A DNA stretch of 62,731 bases, counting the filler, from Candidatus Rokuibacteriota bacterium (lineage in GTDB: Bacteria; JAUVQV01; DATDCY01): assembly GCA_031406795.1 (NCBI GenBank). It is 4 parts of 4 records of this genome, joined end to end, with 100 filler letters (N's around TTAATTAATTAA, not from the genome) between each part and the next. Parts side by side here need not be neighbours in the genome. Positions count along the whole stretch, not along the records: positions 56,125 to 62,731 come from JANOHV010000102.1; 3 more parts are not named here. One strand, 5' to 3'. The first letter of the stretch is position 1; every line of letters starts with the position of its first letter. Positions 57,919 through 62,731 of this stretch are shown here, piece after piece. The notes under the pieces were generated by a model. The model had not been told where the DNA came from, did not search any database, and saw nothing but the letters and a program-made list of their open reading frames with translations. Made by a program: the position numbers and the translations under genes.

Positions 57919-57981
57919 GTAGGGGCGGGGTTCACCCCCGCCCATGTGGCAGGAACGGGAGGGGATGAACCCCTCCCCTAC
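57919..57981. repeat. GTAG-family REP doublet (REPIN)
   Basis: GTAGGGGCGGGGTTCACCCCCGCCC-N13-GGGAGGGGATGAACCCCTCCCCTAC. Confidence 0.8.
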
Positions 57982-58012
57982 TACGACAACGTTGGAGAAG
58001 GAGAAGACTTCA

Positions 58013-58354
58013 ATGAAATACATTATCGCGATCATCCAGCCGGACCGGGTGCAGGACGTCCTCGCCAAGCTCGAGGAGAAGGAGATCCACCTCGTCACCG
58101 TCTCCCAGGTACTCGGGCGCGGGCGGCAGAAGGGCATCGCCGAGGTCTACCGCAGCCACAAGGAGCCGGGCAACCTGCTCAAGAAGGTGAAGCTCGAGAT
58201 CGCCGTCAACCAGGAGTTCGTCGCGGCGACCATCGAAGCGATCACCTCCGGGGCGCGCAGCGGCCAGATCGGCGACGGCAAGATCTTCGTGCTCGATCTG
58301 GCGGAAGTCGTGCGGATCCGCCCCGGCGAGACCGGCGGGGTGGCGATCGGTTAG
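58013..58354 (+). CDS. glnK: PII signal protein (GlnK-like)
   Basis: MK.I.AIIQP, GRGRQKG, K.KLEI, G.IGDGKIFV, RIR.GE.G; follows amtB. Confidence 0.88.
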   Translation: MKYIIAIIQPDRVQDVLAKLEEKEIHLVTVSQVLGRGRQKGIAEVYRSHKEPGNLLKKVKLEIAVNQEFVAATIEAITSGARSGQIGDGKIFVLDLAEVVRIRPGETGGVAIG

Positions 58355-58451
58355 GCGGCCGCCCGCCGACGGAACCAACACCGGGGGGACGCACCTAGCG
58401 TGCGTCCCCCGCTTCATTCCGCGCGCTGCGCGGCGAGAGGAGAGAAGCGCG

Positions 58452-59981
<1,530 letters not shown>

Positions 59982-60044
59982 GCGATCTCCCGAGCGGAAC
60001 CGTCGCGAGGCACCCTGCCTGAAAGACTCCTGGTACCCGTCTAG

Positions 60045-60130
60045 GCGGCGGGGTCCTGGCGCTGCGGACCACCATCGACCTCGCTCCGCTCCGTCACTGG
60101 AGACCTCCCCTCCGCGCCACCCCTTCGCCA
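60045..60130 (-). repeat. Repeat family A, copy 4
   Basis: Reverse complement TGGCGAAGGGGTGGCGCGGAGGGGAGGTCTCC...GATGGTGGTCCGCAGCGCCAGGACCCCGCCGCC. Confidence 0.85.
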
Positions 60131-60349
60131 CTACAGTCTGAGAGCAACGCTTTCAATCTCTTGCAGCCTCACGCGTCGGTGCGGATCACCCTGAAGGGGA
60201 CACCACCGCTTCAGAGGAAAGCAGCACCATCCGCTGGGCACAAAATTGTCTTGTCACGACGTTCGTGTCGTACGGTCGCCGAATCAACGAGGCAAGCCGG
60301 AAGATCGGAACCACCCGATATCGTGAGGATATTCTCCACAAAAGCGTTG

Positions 60350-60365
60350 TGGCACGGCCGTTGCT
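60350..60365 (+). promoter_or_regulatory. sigma54 promoter of nifH
   Basis: TGGCAC-GGCCG-TTGCT, consensus -24/-12. Confidence 0.92.
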
Positions 60366-60372
60366 GTTGTAG

Positions 60373-62699
<2,327 letters not shown>

Positions 62700-62731
62700 G
62701 GCCTGCCCCCTGCGCTACCGAACGCCCGCCG

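Noticed and set aside
60135-60349. Canonical NifA upstream activator site TGT-N10-ACA
   Set aside because: No exact match found; only ACAAAATTGT at 60240-60249, which is not enough to call.

Overview
The window is four GC-rich bacterial contigs joined by three artificial 100-nt N/TTAATTAATTAA linkers (11934-12033, 24234-24333, 56025-56124), so adjacency across linkers is not biological. Gene content looks deltaproteobacterial-like, but the taxon cannot be fixed from the sequence alone. Contig 1: start of the dcw cluster (mraZ-rsmH-ftsL-ftsI-murE-murF'), folK-dNK-panBCD and 'dapA-dapB-dapL. Contig 2: aminotransferase, an SDR fusion protein, an AT-richer array of three integron-type cassettes without a local integrase (quinone reductase, ParD/ParE-like toxin-antitoxin pair, pyrimidine-dimer glycosylase), an RND pump, a MITE, a CBS-pyrophosphatase and a GNAT. 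Contig 3: an integron (N-terminally extended IntI, attI, one complete and one truncated cassette), cupin/macrodomain/hypoxanthine glycosylase, aat-clpA-clpS-trxC, yggS, a caspase-like lipoprotein lacking its catalytic dyad, a LarA homologue, apgM, xseAB-ispA-dxs-tlyA-nadK-recN, tRNA-Val(CAC), trpS-scpAB-rluB-lnt, and a methyltransferase plus U32 protein. Contig 4: amtB-glnK-nifA and nifH-nifD, each behind a sigma54 promoter. Best candidate for an undescribed system: an attC family with an 11-nt palindromic R''-L'' spacer (canonical spacer is 5 nt), linked by sequence to an integron whose integrase has an extra N-terminal domain. Several small repeat/MITE families recur across contigs; one ties the nif contig to the housekeeping contigs.
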